DNA from: Moniliella sp. 'wahieum'
Taxonomy: Eukaryota
DNA length: 64,000 nt
Direction: 5' to 3'
Assembly: GCA_003971905.1 (NCBI GenBank)
Contig: RSEE01000036.1
Coordinates: 558,001-622,000 of the forward strand
The first letter of the stretch is position 1. The number at the start of each line of letters is the position of its first letter. The notes under the pieces are model-generated. The model searched no databases and was not told where the DNA came from. It saw only the letters and a program-made list of their open reading frames with translations. The position numbers and the translations under genes are program-made. Positions 36,100-47,873 of this stretch are shown one piece after another.

Positions 36100-36842
36100 G
36101 TGGAACCCGCTCGATTGCCGACCAAAGGCCCTGGAGGGGGTGGAGCAACCACGTTGTTGTTGTTTCCCTTCCACTCGTTCCCCTCCCCTGGTATGGCACC
36201 ATCAAGCGATGCATTCCTCTCACAGGGGTGCGCTCAAGCAGCCCGAAGCGGACCTACTCTTCCGTTTCAGCTGGCCAGGGCGGATATGCCATTCTGGACC
36301 AGGGTCGACGTTGGTTGGCCGACGCGCATTCCTTCCTTGCCATCCGTCGCACAATGCATCTAAGCTCAGGTTGATCCCTGCCTGCTTGCCGTTAGTGATT
36401 CTGTAGACAAAAACACACACATATGGCAGAGCTCTACTTGAATGAATGTCCCGGCGGCCCGTACTCAGTGTAGCCAGGTTGGCGTTCCGCCTTACATATA
36501 GGGAGCGAGGCCAGTGAGGTCCATGGTGAGAAAAAAAGATATGGATGTGTAGCGAAACAAACGTAAGGAGGCGGTGAAAGGTACAAGAAGGCATCAAAAC
36601 GCATGTTCAGATGCTCATGTGGGGCTCAGGGCCAGGGAAAGAGAGTGATAATTGGAAGCAAGAGAACGCAGAGAGGGGCGACTGACAGTGAAGGGAAAAC
36701 AAAAGGTATCGATCGAACATATTGCCTTGCTCCGTTCTTGATCCACGATGCAACGAGACAACGTGACGGGCCCGGTCCAGCCAGGCATATAAAGCAGGTA
36801 TAACAGACACGGAGGCAAAAGCGGTAGATGCGATGGCACTTA

Positions 36843-38057
36843 TCACACCCACCCAGCCCACCCAGCCCATAACTTGACGCGCGCCAAAAACGAGGGCGTC
36901 AAGTCCGGGTACTGCCAGAATGCGGCGCCCGCGTTCCAGTCATACTGGCGCGCCAGGGCAAAGCATCGACCCAACTCATCCGGTGGGATGTAGCCATTGG
37001 TCGCGTCAGCAGGCATGGCGGGCTTGCCCATGACCAACTTGCTCAGTGGGATATTTTGATCGTGGTGAATCTCAAACAGCGACGGAGTTGGCGCACGTAC
37101 CGCCCGACTGGAAGAGAAGCGTAGAACAGTTGGTGTACATGTGGTGCCCTGGTTGTACATCTGGGTCAAGAAAAGTCCACATCGGGTACCTGCTCGTACA
37201 CCTTGGCCCAGCCTGCCTTCCATGGACAGGCAGCCGAAAAGTACGGCGCTGAGGCGCGTGGGTAATCAGGTACTGGCCCACAGGCAGCCGCTCGCGCACC
37301 GTCTTGTGCAGCGTGACAACCAGGGAATGGCAGTACCGTTGACAAACGAGGCCGAGTCCTGAACGTCGGATGGGTGAGGGCGGGCGGGGTTACCGGTTAG
37401 TGTCCATCTGCATGTGCGCTGTATATAACCAACCCACCCATCGCACCACCTCGCTACCAGAGCCTAACGTACCTCGTAATCCAGGTCGACCCCGTCGAAA
37501 TCATACTGCTTGACAAACTCGGCGAGCCGAATGCCCGTCTGAAAGGGTCCTGCCGGGGGGTAGTCGTCCGAGCCAAAGGCAGAGCAAGAGCTTGACGCCC
37601 GCATGGGCATACACGGCCTTGAGCTTGCTCCGCTGCGCAGCGCTGGCCTTGGTCCAATTTGCAACGCGCCCGTGGGGGCCGAGGTGGTCCAAAAGGAGAT
37701 GAGGTAGTGGGTGATGCCGGGCGGAGGCACATCGGCCGCGCCATGCGTCTCATTCGCAAACCCATACACGGCAAACAACACAGCGGGGTCTGCGGACCGT
37801 GCCCCGAGCCCGAGCCGGCGGCGCCGGTGCCAGCGGGGTGCCAGGCCAGGCCGGGAGCCGCCGACGGGCGGGCGAGAAGGACGCGGATGCGGAGCGTTTG
37901 CCTGGGCCGGGGCCAGGGGGGCTGGGCGGGGAGGCGGCGCTGGCGGGCGGGCGGGGGAGACCTGGGCGCGTGGGGCAGGGGGCGCCGCTGGCGGCGGCGA
38001 GCGCGGGGGCGAGGGCGGCGACGAGGGCCAGGCGAGAAGGAGAAGGAGCGAGCGCAT
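36843..38057 (-). CDS. Secreted GH18 chitinase-like glycoside hydrolase (paralogue 2)
   Basis: MRSLLLLLA signal-like start, GITHYLISFWT, AGVKLL..AFGSDD, catalytic QYDFDGVDLDYE, intron 37359-37472, YLITHAPQ, SLFEIH..IPLSKLVMGKPA...GYI, WNAGAAFWQYP. TATAAA on the minus strand at about 38088-38093. Confidence 0.9.
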
Positions 38058-38302
38058 GCGGAGGGGGTGGGGCTGCTGCGGGGGGGCATTTATACCATGG
38101 AGAGCGCCGGCTCTCCGTCGGAGGGGTGCTGCGGCGCACATGGGAGCGTGCTGGGCGCAGCGGGCGGGCGCGGACGCCGGCAGTCTGGCGCTGCTCTGCC
38201 CCGTCGCGCCTCTTCGCCGTCGGACTTGCATGGCCGCGCAGCCAGTGCCGAGCGTTGGTAGGCACGCGTAGTACGCCCCCCGCAGCCCAGCGAGCAGCCG
38301 CG

Positions 38303-38363
38303 GTCACGTGTGCTTTCGGGGGTCACGTGGGTCACGTGCTGGCCACAGCGGTGGGCACACGTG
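38303..38363. promoter_or_regulatory. Cluster of four CACGTG E-boxes (three as GTCACGTG) in the GH18-2/NTE1 divergent promoter
   Basis: GTCACGTG at 38303, 38322 and 38331; CACGTG at 38358. Confidence 0.6.
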
Positions 38364-38404
38364 GAGGCGCACACCCACGCCCAGCTCCCAGCCGCCACCC
38401 CCCC

Positions 38405-41400
38405 ATGGCGCACAGACCAGCCCCACCCACGACGTAGCCAGCGCCCATGCAACCCCGCGCCCCTCGCGGCCGCCCTGGCCAGCGCCTCCTCCGCCCTCGC
38501 CACCGCCTCCTCCGCCCTCGCCCCCCCTCCCCCGCCCTGCCCACCCCATGCCCCCCTCCCAGCTGCTCCCGCGCGCCGTCCTCTCCCCCCCCCTCCCCCC
38601 AGCCCGCCGACGGCAGCAGCGTCGTCTTGCTCCTCAGCGGCCTCTTCGAGGTCACCGTCGCCCTCCTCAGCATCGCACGCTCCCTCGCCGGCTTCGCCAC
38701 CCTCACCGTGCCCGCCACCGTGTACGCCGTCCTGCACTACAGCCTCACCCTCCAGCTCTCCTTCCCCTTCCTCGCTTCCCTCACCCTCGCCGGCCTGGCC
38801 GCGGCCTTTTTCTGGTTCCGCACCTCGATGCGCGTGTACGAAAAAGTGCGCGAGCCCCCGCTCGACTCGGATGCCGGCTTCAGCTTGCACCCCGACCTCG
38901 CCGGCGGCGACCCCTTGAGCCCCTTTGGCCTCTACGGCTCCGGCGAGCCGTCTGCCTTTGGCCCGGCCGGCAGCACCGCCGGCGGCAGCGGCACCCTGCA
39001 CGACTACCTCGATGAGTTCTTGCAAGCCATCCGCATCTTTGGCTACCTCGAGCGCCCCGTCTTCCACGACCTTGCCCGCCACCTCCAAACCCGCCGCCTC
39101 ATTGCGGTGACTCTCTCTCGCTCGACCATGATGGCTGCTTCTACATTGTGATCGATGGCTCGGTGAGTGTCTATGCCCCTCGGGTGCTCGCTCGGGCTTT
39201 GACCCCGCTCCGCCTCCCCCGTTCAATGAGGACAGCGAGGGGGACGATGGGCTAGAGGGCTACCAGCTCTTGCACCAGGTCGGAAATGGCGGCACCCTTA
39301 GCAGTCTCTTCACCATCCTCAAGCTGTTCACCGAGGGCGCCCCGGGCCCTCGTGCTTCTGCCGTGCCCCAGACACCCAAGGCGCACGACCCTGCTGGCGC
39401 CACCACACTGCCTCTCCGTACTGCCGCACCTGGCTCCATGGCGTCGACGATGGATCTCGGCGTCTCTCCCGATGCTACGCCCATGCTTTCTGCCACCGCG
39501 TTGGGGTCCACTAGGCTTGGGCGCGGCGTCGGCCCAGACCCCGAGCAGGTGGGCGACCCCCTGGAGATTCCTGCGTCGAATTATCGTCTCGCTTCAGTTG
39601 CTTCGGGCGCTAACCCCTGGACCGGGGGGGCCGCGCCCGGCGGTACGGCCTATGCCGGCTCCCCGTTCGCGCCTCCCCCTCCAAAGGAATCGCTGACCGA
39701 GTTGACGCACACCGTGGCCAGGGCGCGCGACACCACCTTGGCCGTGATCCCAGCCGAGGCATTCCGGAGGTTGACCAAAAAGTATCCCAACTCAGCTGCC
39801 CACATTCTGCAGGGTAGGTATTGTAGCCTCCCGTTCTGTCTGTTTGCTTTTGTTCGCTTCTGCTGACCCTCGCTGCCATTCGTTGCCTTGCCCAGTCATC
39901 CTCACTCGTCTGTCGCGCGTCACGATGCACACGGCTCATTCTTACCTTGGTCTGACGAAGGAAGTGATGCGCGCCGAGGTTGTACTCAACCAAACCGCCA
40001 GCACACCCTGCCACCTTCGTTCTACGTATCGGAGGCGATGGAGCGGCTGCGTCAACGGTTCGTGCAGGTCAATGCGGGTGTCCCGCCCGTGGCTCCTGCT
40101 GCGCAAGGTGTGGTTCCCGGCGTTGATCCACGAGCGCGCGCGGCGGAACGCATCAAGTCTCCCCTCAGCTCGCCGCGCCTACGTGGCCGACGTGCCCACT
40201 CGCCGCTCCAGTCCCGTTCGGGCATGACCTTGTCCAGTTTGGATTTACAAGGATCCAATGCCGCCATGTTTTCCACCTCGGCATTGACCACCCCGCTGGA
40301 CGCGCCATCGTCCACCGCTGCTGTCGACCCGACAGCTCGCACGAGCAAGCGCGCTAGCCAAGCGCTCAACCCAGGCGACCTCTTCACCTCCACCCAGGCC
40401 GGTCCTGCGCTCCAAGTTCAGCCCCCACTGCATTCCCCTCGCTCCAGCAGAGTATCTTACCCTGCCCACGCCCATTCCATGTCTCCTAGCTTGAGTTCAA
40501 CTTCCTCTGCTGCCGCTCCTGCCTCCTCGCCCGCTCCAACAGACACGGCCGAAAGCATTGGCTGGGCAGCGGATGGACAAGCTAACTTTGACCTGAAGGA
40601 AGCCGTGATGCAATGCATCGCCAGTTCCTTGGGCTTGCTTGCTCCGGTCGCCCAGCCGACGCGCATGGGTGCGGGTGCGGGTGGAGGTGCGGCAGACACG
40701 GCCAACCCGTCTCCGTATGCCGACTCTCCCTCGCTTGCGGCTCAGGATGCGACCTTGTCCAGTCGCAATGCTGGGGTGTATGGCTCGGCCTGGGGGCCCT
40801 TGACCATGCTCGCCGAAGTCACGGCCGCTTCCCGCGGCCAAGGGCGAGGAAGGGATGGGCGAGCGGATTTCCCCTGCGTATCGGGGCAGTAGCGGTCCGA
40901 GCCAGGACATACCTGGCTTCCCATTCCCCCACTCGAGCTTGCCGTTGCCATTTGAGAATGATGTGGAGATCAAGTTTTTCCATGCGGGCGACACGCTGAT
41001 TTCGTCGGGCGAGCGCGAAGGCGGTCTGTTCTATGTGATTGATGGACAGCTGGATGTAACCATCTCGTCCCCGACTGGCCTCGCCGCCCAGCGCACCACC
41101 ACCCCGCCTCTTGCCCCGGCCAGCACAGGCACCACGAGCCCCGACCGCGCTTCGTCGCGCGAACGAACAGCCAAGGTTGCCTCGGGCGCCGCACACCCTG
41201 GCCAAGACAAGGCGCAGAGGGCCGGAGTGCGAAACCGCTTTATTCGATTGGTCGCGGTGGCATTGCCGGTTACCTGGCCACGCTACTGGGTGCGCCGTCG
41301 TATGTGAATGTGACGGCGCGGACGGATTGTTATGTGGGGTTGTTGCCGGCGCATGCGCTGGATAAGCTCATGGACCGTCGTCCGACCGTCTTGCTCAGTC

Positions 41401-43693
41401 TGTGCCGTCGACTCTTATCGCTCTTGTCGCCCACGCTGCTGCAGATTGACGCGGCGTTGGATTGGCAGCATGTCAATGCCGGCCAAGTCATCTACCGTCA
41501 AGGCGACGCCGCAGAACAGTTCTACCTCGTCATCAATGGCCGCCTTCGCGCCATTGCCGCTGACCAAGCCGGCTCGTCCCATGTCCACATTGCCAACGAG
41601 TTTGGCATGGGCGACTCGGTCGGCGAGCTGGAGGTGGTGACCGGATCCCCGCGCACACATACCTTGCATGCTATCCGCGATACCGAATTGGCGTGCATCC
41701 CCGTCAGCTTGTTCCGCGCCGTGAGCGCATTGGAACCTTCGTTGAGCATCCAGCTGGCCCAGATCATTGCCCGGCGTGTGTCGAGCGCCATGGTGCACCA
41801 CGGCGCCAGTGCCGTGCCTTCCCACCTTCCCATGCCCCTACTGAGCGGCGGCGAGAGCAGCATGGTCAGTAAGGCCGGGCCCAAGAAACGGCCCGGGACC
41901 GAAATGTGGCGGAGCAACACCAATCTCAAAACGGTCGCGATTGTGCCCGTGACGCGCGAAGTGCCGATTGCGGCGTTTGCGCGTCGGCTCCAAGCTGCAT
42001 TTGAGCCGACGACAGGCGAAGAGGCCGTCTACCTCAACCAGGCGGCCGTGCTGGGCGTGCTGGGCCGCAACGCGTTCAACCGAATGGGCAAACTCAAGTT
42101 GGCCGGTTGGCTGGCGGACCAGGAAGCCAAGCACCGCATGGTGCTCTATGTCGTTGACACGGCCGTCTCCTCGCCCTGGGCACAAACCTCGATCCGCCAG
42201 GCCGACTGTGTGCTCATGGTCGGCTTTGGCGACGACCCCACCGTAGGCGAATACGAACGCTTGTTGCTGGCCATCAAGACGACCGCACGCAAAGAGCTCG
42301 TCTTGCTCCATCCCGACCGCTCTGTCCCGCCAGGCTCGACACGCGCTTGGCTCCGCACCCGGCCCTGGCTCAGCGCCCACCACCACGTCGAGATGCCCGG
42401 GATCAAAAAGGTGCCCAGTGCCGGCGTGCTCGCTGGCTCCCGCGCCACGTCCACCAGCTTCAACTGGGCCGAACTCGCCCGCCGCGCCGGCACGATGACG
42501 GCCGCGACCATGCCGCCGCTGCCGCCGCTCGCGGCGGTGGCCGCCATGGCCGGGGTGGACGAGCGGGCAGCGGCAGTGCGGGCACTGAAGCGCCTGCGCG
42601 GTCAGATCGGATCGCGGTTGCAACGTTACCGCGAAAAACGGTCGGATGGCACCGCGCCCGATGCACGGCCGCCGCACCTGTCGGACTTTTCCCGCTTGGC
42701 ACGCCGGTTGTGTGGCAAGAGCGTGGGCCTGGTGTTGGGTGGTGGCGGGGCGCGCGGGATTGCGCATTTGGGCGTGATCAGCGCGCTGGAGGAGGCCGGG
42801 GTACCGATCGACTTGATTGGCGGCACGTCGATTGGCTCGTTTGTCGGCGGCTTGTATGCCAAGGAGGCTGGCTTGGTGCCGAGCTACGGACGGGTAAAGA
42901 AGTTTGCCGGCCGGATGGCGTCCTTGTGGCGCTTCGTGCTGGACTTGACCTACCCCTATGCCTCCTACACCACCGGCCACGAGTTCAACCGCGGCGTGTT
43001 CAAGGCGTTCCGCGACACGCACATTGAGGACATGTGGCTCCCCTTTTTCTGCAACACGACCAACGTTACCTGGAGCCGGATGGAGATCCACACAACGGGC
43101 TATGCCTGGCGCTTCATCCGCGGCTCCATGACCCTGGCTGGCCTCGTGCCGCCGCTGGTGGACGAGGGGGACATGCTCGTCGACGGCGGCTACATGGACA
43201 ACTTGCCCGTATCCACCATGTTTGCCGCTGGCGCTGCGCGGGTCTTCGCCGTGGACGTAGGCTCGATTGACGACACGTCGCCACGCGACTATGGGGACAC
43301 CTTATCGGGCTGGTGGCTGCTGGTCGCGCGCTGGGTGCTGCCCTGGGTACCTGGCATGGGCGCCCTGAGCCGCCGCGTGGCCCTCATCCCCTCCATCCCG
43401 GACATCCAAGCCCGCCTGGCCTACGTCAGCTCCGTCCGCACCCTCGAGGAAGCCAAAAGCGCCCCGGGATGCTTCTACATGCGCATGCCCGTCGAACACT
43501 TTGGCACACTCGAGTTTGGCTCGTTTGAGGCCATTCATAAGGCCGGCTATACCGCCGCCCAGACCCAGCTCGCCCGCTGGAACAACAACACAAGTTGCCC
43601 ACCGCCAGCACCGGCGGCCCTCCCTCCGTCGACGCGTCCCAGCCGACCGCGGCGCACAGGACGGGCATCCGCGCCCGTCGGAACAGTGTCTGA
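38405..43693 (+). CDS. NTE1: Lysophospholipase NTE1 (neuropathy target esterase; cNMP-binding domains plus patatin domain)
   Basis: N-terminal TM helices, LHDYLDEFLQAIRIFGYLERPVFHDLARHLQTRRL, GGTLSSLFTIL, intron 39814-39895, IDAALDWQHVNAGQVIYRQG, patatin GLVLGGGGARG, GGTSIG (GxSxG), LVDGGYMDNLP, C-terminal RRNSV*. Confidence 0.97.
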
Positions 43694-44759
43694 ACGTCGC
43701 AGCGCCGGGGTGTTGGGCGTCGGGGCGTCGGGGCGTCGGACCTGCCTCCCGCTCGCGCACCCTCCTCTCAATCGTCTGCGGGCGTCGAAGCGGTGGATGC
43801 ACGCTGCTGCCCTCGTTCGTACAGTGCCCAGCTACCATAACCACTTCTCTTAGATCTTGTTTGGCCGATGCGGCGCGAGGCCACAGCCGTGGGGCAGCAA
43901 GGACACAGTAGTCGCAGCAGCGTGCTAATCGGATGTTGGTCGCGGCGTGCGTGCCTATAGCCAGACGATTGAATATCCAACCTCCCATCCTAACTCAAGT
44001 ATATACGAAAGGGAGCGGGTGCGGTACGACAGATACGGTGCGAATATACGATGGGATGCGGTACGGTGCGGTGCGATGCGATGCAATGCGAGGCGAGGCG
44101 ATGCCAAGTGAAGCGATGGGTGTGGAGGATGCGAGACGATCGGATACAAGACAGACAAATGGCGGACGGGACCAAAGCGGGTAAGGGTGAGGGGAACATC
44201 AGTGCGGTGGAGAAAGATCGAGGGAAAGCATCGCCACTTTCTCGTCTCGGCTTCCAGCCCTGATCGTCCCCACCTGACGCTCTTGTCTCGCGCGCGGTTT
44301 CATGAGGGCGTGACAGGAGGAAAACAGGATGAAGTGGATGAGTAATAGGACATACCCCACCCAGTGTTGGATGCTTGGAGACGCGGGGGGTGGGGTGGGG
44401 GGTGGGGGTACAAATACAATAATACAATACCACAGACGAGCGAAGAAAAGCCAGGGAAGTGCGTACGACCACATGCTCAACCATGAGCCAAGGAAGGGAG
44501 AGAGAAAGGATGATGGGACACCTGAAGGAGAACAAGCCCAACCAATCTCAATAAACCAAAACAACCAAAAACCAAAAAAGACCAGAGAACCGGAAAACCA
44601 AAAACGAAACCCGCGGGGGACACACAGCCGAAAGAAGCGAGGGATGATGTTGGACATATCCAAGGGAAAAACCAACCGAACCAGTTCATCATGGGGAGGA
44701 ACAAACAAGACAACACCAAAACGACGTCAAGACGAGAGTAAGAGGTTAGGGAGGGGGAG

Positions 44760-47700
44760 TCATAGGCTCGTTGCCTCGTCCGCAGCTTGGGGCTGCGCGG
44801 TAACGAGAAGGTCGTCAATCGGAATCGAAGGGGTACATTTGTGTTCCGCCTCGTCTGGCCGTTCAATGTCGTTGGCTACGGCCATCGACAACGCGGACAG
44901 CGCATGCTTCCACGTACGCCCCTCCGCCGTCGACTCATCGGGGTCAGACTGGGACGTATGTGTAGTTTCTGTCAGCATCAGGGCTTCTCCCGTAGCCGAC
45001 GGGCGGCGGTTGTGCCCTGAGATCGGGGTGTCGTGCTTGCTTCAAAGCCGGAGGAAACGGCGACAGCAGGCAGCACATCCTGTATACCATGCACCATATC
45101 CAGGCCAGCCGTGGGGGCTGTGCCGCTCTCGTACCAGGCCAGACAGGGTTTTTTGGTGGCCGAGCGAGAGCGACTGTGTTGACTTAAGGTGGGGGACGGG
45201 GAGCGGCTACGGCGACGGCGGCTTGCATGGGATGAAAGGGAAGAAACAAGGGATTCGTCTGCCTCCTCTTCCGCCTTTACTAGGTCGTTTCCATCGTTTC
45301 CTTTTGCTTCTCCTTCTTCGCTTGACCCGCGGGGTTGCTCTTGTACCGCCCCAGGTTCATCGCCAGGAGGCCAGTCGGAGGGCAAGGCCCCCTCAAAGTT
45401 CGGCTCCATCTCGCTGGGCCAGTCACGGTGCTGATTGACGTGGCGGTTGAGTGTGGTACGGCGGGTGAAGCGTTTGTTGCAGCCAGGGAAGGCGCAGCAG
45501 TGCGGCCGGTTGCCCGAGTGAGTACGACGGTGCCGGGCCAACGAAGACGAATCGCTAAAGCTTTTACCGCAGCCTTCGAACTCGCATCCATGCGGCCGTT
45601 CCCCGTGTGCACGCGCTTGTGCACCGTCAGTGCCGAGCGCTGAATAAACGATTTGCTGCAACCGGCATAGTCGCACACAAACGGTCGCTCGTTCGAGTGG
45701 ATGCGCAGGTGCCTTGCCAAGTCCGAACGACGGGTAAAGCTTTTGGTGCAGTGGATACATGCGTGTGCGCGCTCTGCCGGTGGTTTGCCATTCCGCCCCT
45801 TACCCTGCACAACCAGAAGCGTGCGCGTCGGTCCCATATCCTTGCCCGCAGGGCTACTGGCTGCGGGGCCATCTCCGCCAGGGCTCGGGATCCGCTCATC
45901 GTAGCTCGCATCGCTCGGCAAGGACTTGCCCCCCGCAAGGGAGAGAGTAGGGGATGACGTGCATAAAGTCTCAGGTGCCATTGTAGGAGAGGCAAGCGTA
46001 TTGGCCATGACGCCCGCAGCGACATCAGCAGCTGCTTCAACATCACTCTCACGCAGCGTTTGGCGGTCCACCGCCTCTTCCCGTCGCGGGAATACCATGG
46101 TATCGGCGGTACTGGGGAACGAAGATACTGATGACCCCACCCGTTCTGCCGGGACAGGACGTTCGGTCGAATCAGCAACCTGGGAAGTGGAGACAGTCGA
46201 AACGAATGGGAGACCAGTGCACGACTGGGCCCGTTTGTGCGACGGGGTGAAAGGGAATCCACGGACAGAAGCGGGGCCCGGGAGCTGCATGGAAGGACGG
46301 GCCCGCGCCGCGGACCGCTCGGTAAATGGGGATGAATACGCGGGCGAGGTACCGTTGCGCGTTGTTTCCGCCGTCGCGAACAGGTTTCCATTCATGAAAA
46401 AGAGCGGATATCCCTCGCCTTGGTCTGTGTCGGGTGATATCGCTCGCATCCTAGGGTGCCCATCCGATCCATGTGCATCACTGACAGAAAGCAGGTTGCC
46501 CCGCTGGCCGGGTGGATACCACGGGGTGGTAATAGAGAGGGCTGGAACTGAGGGATCAGGGACGGTGCGTGGTGGTGCGCAGCTATAGAGGGAGGTCATT
46601 GGCTCATCCCCCCATCCAGGAAGCCACGTCAAGTTGTTGGACGAATCCCCCGAGGCCGAGCTGGCAGCTTGGGTGTGACGTAAGAAGGCGTGCGAGGTGG
46701 CGAAGGGCATAGAGTGGGACCTTGAGTGAGTATGCGCCATAGCGCCCAGACGTCCATGGGAATTCAAAGGCGGTAGGAACCCTTGGGGAAACAATGGAGG
46801 GGCCTGTTGGGCCAGGTTCGTTGTGAGATTGGGTGCGGATGAAGGGTTAATGACGGGCTGGCTCTCCGGTTGGATGCTCAGGCCCGGAATCCAAGTGTGC
46901 CCCGAAGGCACGCCAACAACCGGACTCGGATTCGGTGGTGCCAAAGATGGAGCGCAAGTGGGAGCCTCCTCGTCGATTACCCGGTAGGACTTTACAGGGG
47001 AAATGGATGAATCCGCCGAGATGGATGCATTGGCACCATCACCGTTCGATTCCACCCTGGCGGAGGAGAGGGAGGGATTGAACAAGGTAGCAGCCGAGGC
47101 GGGGTTCTGCAAGGCTTGCTCATGAGCGCGGGCCTCTTCTTGTGCCTTCTTTTGTTGTGCGCGCTGCTCGCTACTGGCCGCGATAAGGACCGAGATGGCA
47201 CCACTTGCGGTGGCGAAGAGCTGTAGCGATGGTGTGTGCGCTCGGATGAAGGGGTGGGCACGTGGTTCTTGGGGGAAGTCGGCGTATCTTGCGCAACCTC
47301 CCATTGCATTAGGGGGCTGAGTCCCAACTCTTTGACCTCGTCCAGCTCCATGGGAATGGGAAGGGGGCCTGACGCGGAAGGTATGGTATGGTCGTGTACG
47401 TGGAGGGAGGCCGGGGCTTCGGGTGTGGGAACCCCAGCGTCTGCATCCGCCTCGGCGTCTGAGGTCGAGTCGCCGACTTGAGGGGTGGATGGGTAGGAGC
47501 GGAAGGCGGTTGCGAAGTCGGTTAGGCGGGACGGGGAGTTGGGCTGGACATCTTCGGGGTAGAGGCTGGGAGGAAAGTAGATGGTCTGCGGCGCAAGCCC
47601 TGGAGGAAGGCAACGGGATTCGAGTCAGTATACTCCGACCCAGCCTGACATCGACAAGACAGAGCCACACGTACCGTCTCCCGGCGGAAACTCGGAGCCG

Positions 47701-47873
47701 CGCTCAGGATGGGGGGGGGCTGTGCGGGGACTGATGGCGGCGTCCTGCTGGTGTGGCGGGGACACAGGGCCAGGCGGGGAGGGGGAGGCGAGCGGGGCGG
47801 AGAGCGGGGAGAGACGCGGGCTGGCCACGCCTGAATGCGCTGCTGCTGGGCCGTCGGCGCCGTCGGGTGGCAT
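44760..47873 (-). CDS. C2H2 zinc-finger transcription factor with four fingers (Rbf1/Znf2-like finger block); ends approximate
   Basis: [109 protein letters not shown] at about 45430-45770, with one frameshift near 45600. Confidence 0.88.

Noticed and set aside
41838..43091. Long antisense ORFs over NTE1 and other genes
   Set aside because: These are shadow ORFs expected in GC-rich coding DNA.
780..43693. Phospholipid-remodelling cluster (ALE1 plus NTE1)
   Set aside because: The genes are about 35 kb apart with many unrelated genes between them; there is no evidence of clustering.
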